From assembly GCA_001600695.1 (NCBI GenBank), contig BCKQ01000005.1, positions 1,107,820-1,171,819 on the forward strand: a stretch of 64,000 nt of DNA, given 5' to 3'. Below, in pieces: positions 1 to 12,216 of this stretch. Within the stretch, counting starts at the first letter, position 1, and every line of letters starts with the position of its first letter. Below the pieces are notes generated by a model. That model was given only the letters and a program-made list of their open reading frames with translations. It ran no database searches and was not told the origin of the DNA. The position numbers and the translations under genes were made by a program. This DNA is from Ascoidea asiatica JCM 7603 (taxonomy: Eukaryota > Fungi > Ascomycota).

Positions 1-1126
1 ATTTCTTTAGTCTTACAACAGGGATCAACCTCTTTCAATTCATTTATCTCTTTCAATTCAATTCAATTCAATTCAGTTCAATTCAATCCATATATTATTT
101 CAACTAATTAATAAATAAACAATTGAATAATAATAATAATAATTATAAACAATAACAAGTACAAGATTAATAAATAAATAAATATAAATATAAATATAAA
201 TAATAAATATAAATAATAAATAGTCCAGGATATCCAATCTGAAATTTTCAGTTTCATATTTCTTATTCTTCTTATAATATATATAGATAAAGATATTTTA
301 ATATATATTGAAATATATATTGAAATTGAAATCAATATAATTATAGATATAAATAGTTATTTAAACACCCCTTGATCTCCATAATCTTTGTTTCTTTATT
401 TCATATTTCATTCTATTCTATTCTATTCTTTACTCTTTTACTCATTCATTATCAATCTCAATATTATCCTCATCCTCAATATCATCCTCAATATCATCCT
501 CAATCTCAATATCAATATTTCATTATTCATACTTATAATCCAATACTCTTAATCAAATCCAATTCATCATTCATTCAATAAATTAATCAATTATAATATA
601 ATATAATATAATATAATTTAATATAATATAATATAATATAAATTGAAGAATAAAGAATCAAATATATTCAAATATATTTCAAATCACTTCATATATAATA
701 TACTTTAATATTTCATTCACTCCGTTTCTTTTCTTTTTATTCTATTTTTTGCAGCCTTTAAATACTAAACACTAAATACTAAATATTATTACTAAATATT
801 ATTACTAAATATTACTTTATCAAAAAAGAAGTCAAATTAAATCAAATTTTAAACTCCTTCAATATCATTATTTCTTTAACTTTATCCCTTAATTTGAAAA
901 AAAAAAAAGATTAAAAAAAGATTTATTACTCTGATCTAACTACCCTTCACATTTATTATTCAATTTTTATATTCTTATTCTTATTTATATCTAATATCTA
1001 ATATCTAATATCGAATATCGAATATATCGAATATATATTATCTTATATACATATAATCATTTGAAAAAATATAATATAAGTCATAAATAATATAATAATA
1101 TAATATAATAATAGAAACTTATAAAA

Positions 1127-1177
1127 ATGGCTAGTTTAATAGCTATTTCTTCTTCATCATCTTCGAATCAAAATGAA

Positions 1178-1236
<59 letters not shown>

Positions 1237-1447
1237 TTTAAAAAATGATAAAAAAAGAAAAAGATCAAATTCAACTAATAATTCAATCCCTAATTCAATG
1301 AATAATCAAATTAATAATCCAATGAATATTCAATTTCCAAAAAAATTAAAATTAAATAATAATAAACCTTTAAAAAAATTAAAAAATTATAATTTATCTT
1401 CAATCTCAAATATTAATCAATTTAATAATACAAATATTAATATTAAT

Positions 1448-1483
<36 letters not shown>

Positions 1484-2254
1484 ATTACTAATTCAAATAT
1501 GAATTATAATTATAATTCAAATAAAAAAATTAATTTATTAACTCCTCCAAATTCATCTTCTGATTCAATTGATGATCCATTATCTTCTTCTCCAATTCAA
1601 TTAAAACCTTCTTTAAACTCACTTAATTCAATCATTTCAACAAATAGTAACATCACTCATATTAATAATAATATGAATATTAATATTAATAATAATAATA
1701 GTAATACTAATCAATTTAACAATAATGTTAATTATCAAATTCAAAATCAAAATCAAAATTATATTAATTTAAAAAAATTAAATTCTACAAATTTAAATCA
1801 TTCTTTAAATTATTTCGATACAATGCCATTAAAATCAAATTTATATTATCATTTAAATAAAACTACCACCATTAATAATAATCATAAAGATGAAAATGAA
1901 ACTGAATCTGATAATGATAATGATAATGATGATAATAATGACAATAATAATAACAATAACAATAATATTGAAAAAAATATTGATTATTATAATAATTTTG
2001 ATTACAACTACTCAAATTGTACTTCTTCTTTTGATAAATGGTTAGAAAAAAATGATTATAACTCTTATAAAGTTTTAAAAAATAATTTATCAAGAAATAA
2101 TCAATTATTATTAAATTCAAATTCAATCAACACTTCTGTTTCAAATTATGATTCAAATCACAATTCAAATCAAAATTCAATTTATTCATCAAATTCATCT
2201 TTAAATTCTTCTTTTGATTCAGATACTGATTATAATAATAACATCAACAACTTC

Positions 2255-2288
<34 letters not shown>

Positions 2289-3832
2289 TATTAAAAAAAC
2301 AATCAATAATAAATTCAAAAAATGATTTAAAATCAATTAAATCAATTTCTTCTTCAACTTCAACTAAAATTATTTCAATTAAAGATAGAATTAATTCATA
2401 TTTTATTAAAAAACCAAAATTTAATACTAAAATCTCAAAAAAATTCAAATCTTCAAATTCAAAATTATTACAAAAATTACATATCGTTAATAATAATAAT
2501 AATAATAATAATAACAATAATGATGGTATTAATTCTTACGAGAGTGATAATTATCCTTATACAAATTCTCAATCTTCATCTAGAGTTACTTCAAATAGAT
2601 ACTCTTTACCAAATCCAACTTCTGTAAATTTATCTTTAAATTCATCAAATCAAATTCAATCAAAACCTCATTCACAACCTTTAACTTTAAAACAATATCA
2701 ACTTCAACCTTCAATGTCATATTCTGCTGGTGATTTTAATTCACTTGATAATTCATCAAATTCAAGATCTGTTTCTGCTTCAACTACAACTTCAATTTCT
2801 TCAACTTCATCAACAATGTCAAATTTATCTGATCAATCTTCTATAAGTTCTGTTTCATCTATTGGTTCCAACAACCCTATATCTGATTTAACATCCCCAC
2901 TTACATCTTATAAGCCTACAAATAATAATAATAATAATAATCAATTACCTGATATTAATTCAAATATCACAAGACATTTTAGTTCATCTTCATTAAATAA
3001 GAATAAAATCACTTTACCTCCAATTACTTTACCATTACCTTATAATTCAAATCCAATTAGAAAACCATCATTAAATCCTTCATTTACTTCAAATCCAAAA
3101 AATTATACTTATATAAGTAATGTTAACGATATTATGTCAATTCATAAACTCAATAATCAACAAAAACAACTTCAAAATAATTATGGTTATGGTTACAATA
3201 ATAGTAATACTATTGATAGACCATTTTCTTATCCTGATTCAAGATCAAACTCTTTATCTAATGTCTGTTTATCTACTAATGATTTAGCTTACACTTCATC
3301 AAAACCAATTTTGAGACCTCCTTTGAGATCTTTTTCATCCTCGTTAATAAAACACTCAGTTCCAACTCCTACTCCTACTACTATTAAAACTACAACTACA
3401 AATACTTCCCAAGTTGCAATAACTAATAACTCTCCTCCTACTTTAGCTTCATCCTCTTCAACTTCACTAAGTTCAAATTCAAATTCATCCAAAATATCTT
3501 CTGATAACTCTTCTAGTAAATCACAACCTATAACCGGGGCTCGTACTCAGTCTGTTTCTCATCATCATCATCATAAAAGAACTTGTGTTTCGTGTGGATC
3601 TTCTCAATCTCCTTGTTGGAGACCTTCTTGGTCTTTATCAGCAGGTCAATTATGCAATTCATGTGGATTAAGATATAAAAAAACAGGAGTTAGATGTATA
3701 AATTCTAAATGTCTAAGAATCCCTGCAAAAAGTGAATGGAATTTAATTAGAAATAAAGCAAATAGCATTAGAAAAGATTATCAATGTTTAAATTGTGGTT
3801 ATGAAGTTGAAATAAATGGTAAACTTGATTGA
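1127..3832 (+). CDS. ASH1: GATA-type zinc-finger transcriptional repressor Ash1, with a very long Asn/Ser-rich N-terminal region
   Basis: C-terminal [16 protein letters not shown]...[14 protein letters not shown]...C.RIP...YQCLNC closely matches the Ash1-specific GATA finger as I recall it; near PRS1 as in S. cerevisiae (YKL185W/YKL181W). Confidence 0.9.
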
Positions 3833-5417
3833 ACTACTTGTAAATTATATTATTTTTTCAGTCATTTTTATTTTATTTATAATACTTTATTTTTTCTCAT
3901 TTATTTAACTTTGATTTTTTCTAAGCTTGTCTTTATGATTATTGCTCTTTTCTTTAATATTTTTATTATTTTCATATTCATTTTGTATTTTTTCAGATCA
4001 TTTGCTATTTATTATATTTTTATCCCATATTGGCCTGTTTTTTTTGTAATTCTAACTATAATGATCGCTAGATTTTATCTCAACATTTTAATCATGCTTT
4101 ATTAGTCAATTCATTTCTACATTTTAGCCAAATCTTTTTTTCTATTTAATTCTTTTTTGTTATCTCCATTTGAATTTATCTTAATGGCTTTTTATAAATT
4201 GGTACTGGTACTATTTTTGCTTTAGTTCTTGTATTGTGTGTCTATTTTGAAGCAGTAACTAGGAAGAAAAAAATAATTATTTTGATTTCAAAATATTTGT
4301 TTTTTTTTGCCTCATATGCTTATATATTTTGCTACCTATCTATCTATCTATATATATATATAATTATATGTAACATTAATCATACAATCAGTAATATAAT
4401 ATATATTTTGTAACTGTTATTTTTTTGTCTATTTCTTTGCAAACTGAAATTCGATGTAGTTGTTATATTCTAACCATACCCTGAATTTTAAATTTCGTAG
4501 GCTTAAGAGAAATTCAATATTTTTTTTAATGTAAAATGTTGCTCTAAGAAATTCTCACTGCCATCAAGATCAAGCACAATGAATTAATTCAAAGCCAATA
4601 AAGCTATTGTCATGGAGAAACAAAAAAAAATTAGTCAATCATTGTAATTTGAAACAATAGTATATTGTTTCTTTTACAATATCAAATAACTTTGTTGTGA
4701 TGTTTTAACACTAAATAAGTAGCGATTGATATTTTGAAAATTCAACAGTAAAAGATCTTGTTCCAGTCATTTTTTTATAACAAGATAAAACAAAATATTT
4801 TACGATACGAAAAAACTTTTTTAGAAAATAAATTTTATTATATAAAACCAAGTATTATAAATCATATATCTAAATACATCCACACACAAACATGAATAAA
4901 ACCATACCAAAGAAATTACTAATGCCACAATAGCCTAGGTGGTGATAAAATAAAAATAATAGAAACCAACAGAAAATGCAAAATACAAATTAAAAAAATA
5001 AAAAAACAGAAATTAAGAAGAAAAGTTAACAATGAAAGAGCTTCAATAAAGACCGTTAGAAATTTTCAGTAAAAAATGAAAAAATAAAAGTCTGAAAAAG
5101 CATCTGAAGAAAAAGATAACCTCAATAAAATATATAACAAAGTAATCAAAGGAATTGTAAAGAAAATATTTCAAATCATTTTGAAATTTCAAAATGATTG
5201 CAAGTTTAATTGGATCTTTCTTTTTCCTCAATTTTTTTTGAGATTCTGACTTTTTTTGAGATTTTGAATTATTGAAAAAATGGGAAAGTTTTGAATTTGG
5301 AAGATAAAAGTCATAATCATCAAAAGAAAAATCGAAGATAAACAATTTAAAAAAGAAATTAAAAATTTTTGAAGCAAATCTTTGTCCTTTTGAAAATTTA
5401 AGAGGAGTTGTCTGTGA

Positions 5418-6263
5418 CTAAGAACCTTGAGATTGTTTTTCAGCATCTTCATCAGATTCATGAGTACTACCAAGACAAATAGCTAAGAACCAACCAGTTG
5501 CAGCAAAGAAACCTGCAGCGAATGCACCCCATAATAAACCATGATAAACACCACTACCAAGAGAAACAGTCCAACCATAAGTATCTTTAGTTGAGTTGAA
5601 AGCATCTTTAAATTTTACAGATACACCAATAGATGCACCAGCAGCAATAATTATAGAAATATTTGCAGCAAGACTGATAGAACTTGATAAAAAACTAACA
5701 AAATGAGATTTAACAGCAATAAAATTAATTAAAAATTGAACAGCATATAAAGCTAAAGAAAGAGTAACAGTGACAAAAATAAGTTTTGAATAAGAACCAC
5801 TTGCATTATAATTTTCAATAGCTGTAGGCATACTAATTGAACCATCATCTAAGATTGATTTAATATTTGATTTTGCAACTTGACTATTTCTAACTTCAGT
5901 TAAAAATAAATCATATGGACTTAAAGTATACATTGAAGATTTTTTAATACAATCATAAATTTCTAAATTATCATTTGAATTTAAATCCCATCTACAATAA
6001 CCCCATAAACCAAAAGTATAAGCATCATGTAAACCGAAATTTTCTTTTGTTAAATCATAAGTTGAAATTTCAGAAGATATTGAAGGAGTAATTAATTCAT
6101 CAACTTGATAATTTTCTAAATTTAATTTAAATAAATAAATATTTGATATACCTGATAAAGTTGATTGAGAACCTGTGTAAGCTAGAATAGTCATAATTAA
6201 AGCACCCATTGTTAAAATGAAAGGTAAAGCTACAACAAAGCCTCTAAAAGTACTAATCGCCAT
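5418..6263 (-). CDS. SUR7/PalI-family (claudin-like) tetraspan plasma-membrane protein, Pun1-like
   Basis: N-terminal TM, extracellular loop with YTFGLWGYC...C signature, then three further hydrophobic helices. Confidence 0.8.
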   Translation of the reverse strand: MAISTFRGFVVALPFILTMGALIMTILAYTGSQSTLSGISNIYLFKLNLENYQVDELITPSISSEISTYDLTKENFGLHDAYTFGLWGYCRWDLNSNDNLEIYDCIKKSSMYTLSPYDLFLTEVRNSQVAKSNIKSILDDGSISMPTAIENYNASGSYSKLIFVTVTLSLALYAVQFLINFIAVKSHFVSFLSSSISLAANISIIIAAGASIGVSVKFKDAFNSTKDTYGWTVSLGSGVYHGLLWGAFAAGFFAATGWFLAICLGSTHESDEDAEKQSQGS

Positions 6264-7887
6264 TTTTTAAATTCTTAATTTATATAGATAATTGTTGATA
6301 TAAGATAGATTTTGGCTTAGGTTTTTGAATTAATATCTTAAATCTCTTTTTATATTATAATAATTTTATGAATATTACAATTTTAGATAAACTCTTTTAT
6401 TGAGCTTTGAATTTAAAAGTTTGAAATTGATTTGAATAGTTTAAATAAGTTAAATAACTTTAATAAAAATAATATACAATTAATATAATATTAATATATT
6501 TATTAAAATTTAAAGAATGTATAAAGTGAAATTGAATAGCCAGCTTAAAAGGAAAACAAATTGAATAAGATGAATAAAAGTAATTGAATTGAGTTGATTT
6601 TATAAAGAAAATTGGATATTAATATAAAGAGATTAATCAATTGAATAAGAGATATTTTTTTTTAATCTTTACTAAAGAGCATCGTCTAATATAATTATCA
6701 TTGAGTTAAAAAATTTAAAACAACCAATCAAAGGATCAAGCAGCCAAGTGATTGACAATCTTTAGATAAATACTATTATGGTTAATTAAATTAGTCTCTA
6801 AAGATTAAAACATATTCATGAGATGGATAAAATTAGAAAAAATAAAATTTATGATCAGAGTAAGATAATATTAGAACTGACATAATTGAAAAAAAACATA
6901 GCATGTTATGTCATATCATATCAATTACTTACTTTTAGTAAAGTAATTTCTATTAGATCAAAAAATTGAAAATTTAAACAAAATAAATAATTATTTACTC
7001 AGATATGATAGAATTGTAATATTTACTGGAAACATTTCCCTAAACGTTACCACGAGTTACAGTTTTTAATGAGACCTAACAAATACACCAGGGAATCAAT
7101 CATTATGAGTTCCTAAAAATACTAAAAGGCAATCATATTAATTGATTGATAAGTGTATTTTAACTCGAGCATGCTAAAACAACTGAGATATCTCGTCTAA
7201 TTAGATGAGCTGTTGATGAAATAATAATATATTTCCAAGCACCAGAGCTACAATCTATTATTTTTTTATTTATCAAACAAACTTTTACACCGACAAAAGC
7301 ATTTAAAGTTTTATTCTTTCCAAAGAGCACAGAGTAAATCTAAATTTAGCCTCGTCTGAGAACCTTAAACCAGAAAACCCGAGGGGGGAAAGACCCAAGA
7401 TACTGGCGACAAGATCTGGATATTGAAATATGCATTAAGACATTGAAGCACATCTAGATACATACACTACCGACCAAAACAATGGATCTAAATATTTGTT
7501 TACAGGGCCCATTAAATTGGCGACAGGTTTTTCACCTGATTGAAAATATATCAGGAAGCAGACCCCTACCAGACCCTTATTGATTTAAAAAAAATGGTTA
7601 GGACCCTTTAATTTCAACGGTTTTTGAAATTTAGAATAAGCTTATTTTGGTTTTGTGGTTTTATTGGCTTACACCAAATCGAGTTTTTTAGATGATGTAT
7701 TTTCTGTTACGTTAAAATAACTTTTTTTTACTTTTATTTTAAAAATATCTATTATAATATTAAATATTTACATAAATTTTTGAATATAGTACATTGTATT
7801 TACTTAACTTTTTACTAAACTTACATCTCAAATTGAATTTTTGTTCATTTTCTATACACATCATCTAGCACATTGATCAAAGAAAGA

Positions 7888-10635
7888 TTATTTAAAGTTC
7901 TTTTGTTTGGATTCATTCAAATAATTTTGAATATCTGAATTTTTAAATCCTAATTTAATAATTGTACGATATAAGAACATTATATCATATTCATTAACTT
8001 CTTTCTCAGGAATCATCACTACAATTTCATTCACACTTTTTATAGGCAACTTCTTATCAACTTTATATTCATCTTCTGATTCTATGACAATATCATTATT
8101 CTTAGTTATTTTAGTATCTTCATTTTCAAGTTTTTCAATTTCTTTTTTATATTCAATAATTTTATTTCTTAAATCATTTAATTTTTCTGTATCATTATTG
8201 AAATTTTTATCAAATTCATCTTCATTATTTATAGTACCTAATGAATAAGTTTTTTTACTATTTTCACTATCTCGAACTTTCATATTTCGATTTTTATTCC
8301 TTTCAATTAAATAATTTTCTCTGATTAATTTATATATTTCTTCATTTAAATCATTCTTTGATTTAGTTTTATTTTCATCTTTATTTTCATCTTTGTGTTT
8401 ACTTTCTTTTTCAATTTCACTTTCTTCACTTTCAATATATTCAATTGAATTTTCATTAGTTACAATATTTTTAATTAATCCAGTATCTTCATTTCTACTT
8501 AATTTTGAATCCATTATGATAAAATTTCTATAATCTAAGATTGAATCAATTCCAATATATATAATTTTATGAATATTTAAATGATGAAAATTTAAATTAT
8601 TTATAAATAAAGATTTTGTAATAAATACATTTAATTTTTCTTCAATTAAATCATTTGATTCATTTAAATTATCTTGAGTATAAATAATTTTATTATTAAA
8701 ATATTCTTCATTATCAAAGATTGAATTGAATTTTGTAATTGAACAACTTTCAGGTATTATAAGTATAACTCTTTTAAATTCAATAATTTCATTATCATTT
8801 ATTTTATTGTAATTATTATTTCTTAAATTTATATTTTTATTTTTATATTTATTTCTAATATTATTATTATTTTTAAAAAAAAAATTACTTTTATTTTTAA
8901 TATCATTTTTAATAAAATTTATAAATAAATAATTTTTTAAAAATTTTATAAAATTTAAATTAAATAATTTTAAAATATTTTTATTTAAATTTTGAATTCT
9001 ATAATTTTTATAAAAAATATCAAATTGTAAAACTTCATTTTTATTTAATTCATTAATTAAATTATAATTATTTGGTATAATTGGTAATTTATTTTCTAAA
9101 ATTAAATTTTCATTATTTAAATTTAATAAAGTTAATTTATTATAATCACTTAATTTTTTAATTGAATATGAATTAATTTCATTTATTAATGGTTTTCCAA
9201 TAGTTATTATATTTTTATTATCATAATTATCTTCAATGTTAGATGATGTAGATTTATTTAAGAAATTATAAAAATTATTTGAATAATCAATAGAATTAAA
9301 AATTAAAATTTTATTTAATTTTGAAAATTCATTTGATAAAATTTTAAGATCTTTTATGAAATAATTTAATAAAATTTCAATTGGTTTTAATTTTATATTT
9401 TTTTCATTAATTTTTTTTTTATTAATAAAATTATTTGAATTTGATAATTGTAAATCTAAATTATCAATTGAGATAATTGATAAATTTTTAAAAAAATTAA
9501 ATAAATAAGATTTTAATCTTAAATTATTAATATTTTTTAAATTTGATAATGAAATTAAATTTAATAAATTTATTGGAGTTGAAATTATTAAATTTGAATT
9601 TTTTTGAATAATTTGATTAATTAATTGATCATTATTATTATTATTATTAAAAGAATTATTATATGAATTTATGAATTCATTATCTAAATATAATATTGGA
9701 ATTTCAAAATCTTGTAAATTAGTATCAATAATTTTATTAAATAAATTATTTTTATAATTTAAAATAGAATTATTTGAATTAAGAATAATTAAATAATTTT
9801 TATCACTAGATTGATTATTTTGATTATGATTATGATTATGATTTTGAGAATCTAAAATATCAATTGGGATATCATTTTGATTAATAAATTTAATTTTATT
9901 TACTTTTTGATTTTCTTTTTTAATTTCATTTTGAATATTAAATTTAATTTTCAATTTTTTTCTATTAAGATTTATTGATTTTATTAAATTATTTAAAATA
10001 TATAAGAAATTAATTAATGAATTTCCAGTACCTTGATAATTTCTAATTAATATAATTTTTTTTTTAAAATTTTGAAAAGTTTTTAAAATTGATAAAATTC
10101 TTTTTTGTGATAATGTTGGTATATAAATTTTATTAAATTTTAAAATTTTAATTAATTTTGAATTTATGAAAAAATCTTCAAAATTTTTTAAATCATATGG
10201 ATTAAATTTCTCAATTAAATGTTTATAATCAGATTTTTTTATTTCATTATTTTGAAAATTTTCAATAATTTTATATTTATTATATTTATTTACATTTTTT
10301 TGAATACTATCTTGAAATTTTTTACTATGATTATTAATATCAAAATGTTTATCATATGGGTTATCATATGGGTTATCATATGAATTATGATATAATTTTT
10401 TATTATTATTGTTTCTATGATTATTTCTATTACTTCTTTTATTTTCTCGTTCTTCAGATCTTTTATCTTGTTTATATTCTTTAAATGCTAAGTAATCTTT
10501 AAGATTTTTATGACCAGAATAAGATTTATTTTGTTTATTTTTTTTAGTTGATATATTTTTTATAGTTAATCTTTTGATAGAAGTATTGAAAAATAGATTC
10601 CTCTGTATTAATAATGAACTTCTAGATCGAAACAT
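7888..10635 (-). CDS. Degenerate DEAD-box-like (SF2) protein, probably mitochondrial; likely catalytically inactive
   Basis: Long ORF; first ATG at 10635 (track start 10647 is GTG). Basic, acid-free N-terminus MFRSRSSLLIQRNLFF. Q-motif-like FEDF...IYIPTLSQ, motif I-like QGTGNS, Ib-like ISTPINL and II-like IDNLD occur in canonical order. Confidence 0.65.
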   Translation of the reverse strand: MFRSRSSLLIQRNLFFNTSIKRLTIKNISTKKNKQNKSYSGHKNLKDYLAFKEYKQDKRSEERENKRSNRNNHRNNNNKKLYHNSYDNPYDNPYDKHFDINNHSKKFQDSIQKNVNKYNKYKIIENFQNNEIKKSDYKHLIEKFNPYDLKNFEDFFINSKLIKILKFNKIYIPTLSQKRILSILKTFQNFKKKIILIRNYQGTGNSLINFLYILNNLIKSINLNRKKLKIKFNIQNEIKKENQKVNKIKFINQNDIPIDILDSQNHNHNHNQNNQSSDKNYLIILNSNNSILNYKNNLFNKIIDTNLQDFEIPILYLDNEFINSYNNSFNNNNNNDQLINQIIQKNSNLIISTPINLLNLISLSNLKNINNLRLKSYLFNFFKNLSIISIDNLDLQLSNSNNFINKKKINEKNIKLKPIEILLNYFIKDLKILSNEFSKLNKILIFNSIDYSNNFYNFLNKSTSSNIEDNYDNKNIITIGKPLINEINSYSIKKLSDYNKLTLLNLNNENLILENKLPIIPNNYNLINELNKNEVLQFDIFYKNYRIQNLNKNILKLFNLNFIKFLKNYLFINFIKNDIKNKSNFFFKNNNNIRNKYKNKNINLRNNNYNKINDNEIIEFKRVILIIPESCSITKFNSIFDNEEYFNNKIIYTQDNLNESNDLIEEKLNVFITKSLFINNLNFHHLNIHKIIYIGIDSILDYRNFIIMDSKLSRNEDTGLIKNIVTNENSIEYIESEESEIEKESKHKDENKDENKTKSKNDLNEEIYKLIRENYLIERNKNRNMKVRDSENSKKTYSLGTINNEDEFDKNFNNDTEKLNDLRNKIIEYKKEIEKLENEDTKITKNNDIVIESEDEYKVDKKLPIKSVNEIVVMIPEKEVNEYDIMFLYRTIIKLGFKNSDIQNYLNESKQKNFK

Positions 10636-10690
10636 CTTTGAATACACATTAATGGATTGATTGATCCAAGGATATATCCAAGTTGTTTAT

Positions 10691-10730
10691 ATTCTTGTTT
10701 ATTCTTGTTTATTCTTGTTTATTCTTGTTT
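10691..10730 (+). repeat. (ATTCTTGTTT)x4 just upstream of the DEAD-box-like gene
   Basis: Read directly. Confidence 0.95.
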
Positions 10731-10754
10731 ATTTATTTTGCTTCTTGCATTATT

Positions 10755-10793
10755 AAAATTTTTCATATTAAAATGAGTTTTCGAAACTGTGGC
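10755..10793. promoter_or_regulatory. RRPE (AAAATTTTTCA) and Met31/32-type site (AAACTGTGGC) upstream of the DEAD-box-like gene
   Basis: At 10755-10765 and 10784-10793; exact consensus matches, although RRPE is expected by chance in AT-rich DNA. Confidence 0.35.
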
Positions 10794-11242
10794 CATTTTT
10801 GCGGGTCTCCTGGAATATTTTTTGGCGGATTGAGAGATTTCCGTTTTCAATTGTAAAACCTTGGTGATCCGCTGTGATTTCCGGAACGTCAGTGAGTTTT
10901 GCCAGAGAAAACGTTCTTACTGTAAATAGAAGCCACATGAAACGTATTTCTGGTCATGAAGAACGGAAGTGTATTGTTTGAAATACAGTTGTTGAAGAAT
11001 AGTACACATGGTTTTAATGTACTAGTAGTAGAGTTATATTACATAGTATTCCATTTCTACAAGTAAACAATACTTTTGCTGCTGTGTTGTTCATGGCCCT
11101 GTTTATGGCTGTCCCGTGTACCGAGCAGAGTGCTGGTTTCTTGACAGGTTGTTGGCGTGGTGGAAAGAAATGCGAAACGTGTGTGGGAAAGAAGAAAAAT
11201 TTTATTTATTTGCTGCAAAGCTGGAAAACTGACAAGAAAAAA

Positions 11243-11269
11243 GCGATGAGTGAAATTTATTGAAAATAT
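11243..11269 (+). promoter_or_regulatory. PAC element (GCGATGAG) with adjacent RRPE-like A/T tracts upstream of PRS1
   Basis: GCGATGAG at 11243-11250 followed by TGAAATTT and TGAAAAT. Confidence 0.55.
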
Positions 11270-11565
11270 TACTATTAGTACAAACAGTAGCAGTAGTAAG
11301 TAGTTATTTGATCTGAGTTTCTTACCTAGAGATGGTTTGTAAAATTAGTTAGGTTATGTGATTTAATTTTATGTTTATTTGCTGAGTATATAAAGAAAGG
11401 ATCATTCTCATTCTCATATTCTTTACTTTCTATAAGTTTTATATAAATTGATTTAGAGAAGAAATTTTTATTAAACTCATTAAGTATGAGTGAAATCATT
11501 TTATTTTATAATATTATTAATACTATTACTATTACTATTACTAATTTCACAATTTTTTATTAAAA

Positions 11566-12185
11566 ATGAGAAAGTGTAAAGTTTTTATTGGATCTTCACA
11601 TCCTGAATTAGGTAAATTAATTTGTAATAAATTAGGTATTGAACCAAGTAAAGTTAAATTAAATAAATTTAGTAATGGAGAAACTTCAATATCAATTGAA
11701 GAATCTGTAAGAGATTATGATGTTTATATTATTCAATCAACTTCAAATAATATTAATAATCATATTATGGAATTATTAATTTTAATTAATGCTTGTAAAG
11801 GTGGTTCTGCATCTAAAATTACAGTAATTTTACCAAATTTTCCATATAGTAATTTTTCAAAAATTGATATAAAAAAATTTAGAACTTGTATAACTGCAAG
11901 ATTAATTTCAAATTTAATTATTATATCTGGTTGTGATCATGTAATTTCAATGGATTTACATGCTGGACAAATTCAAGGATTTTTTAATAAACCTGTTGAT
12001 AATTTATTTGCAATGCCATTATTTATAAATTGGATTAAAAATAATATTAAAGATGATATAAAAAATTGTGTGATAATAAGTAAAAATGCAAGTGGTACAA
12101 AAAGAGTAACTGAATTAGCTGATAAATTAAAAGTTACATTTGGTTTAATTCAAATCTTAGATCATAAAAGTAATAATATTATTAC

Positions 12186-12216
<31 letters not shown>

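Noticed and set aside
108-581. Short hydrophobic ORFs upstream of ASH1
   Set aside because: Low-complexity AT-rich and tandem-repeat sequence; no coding signature.
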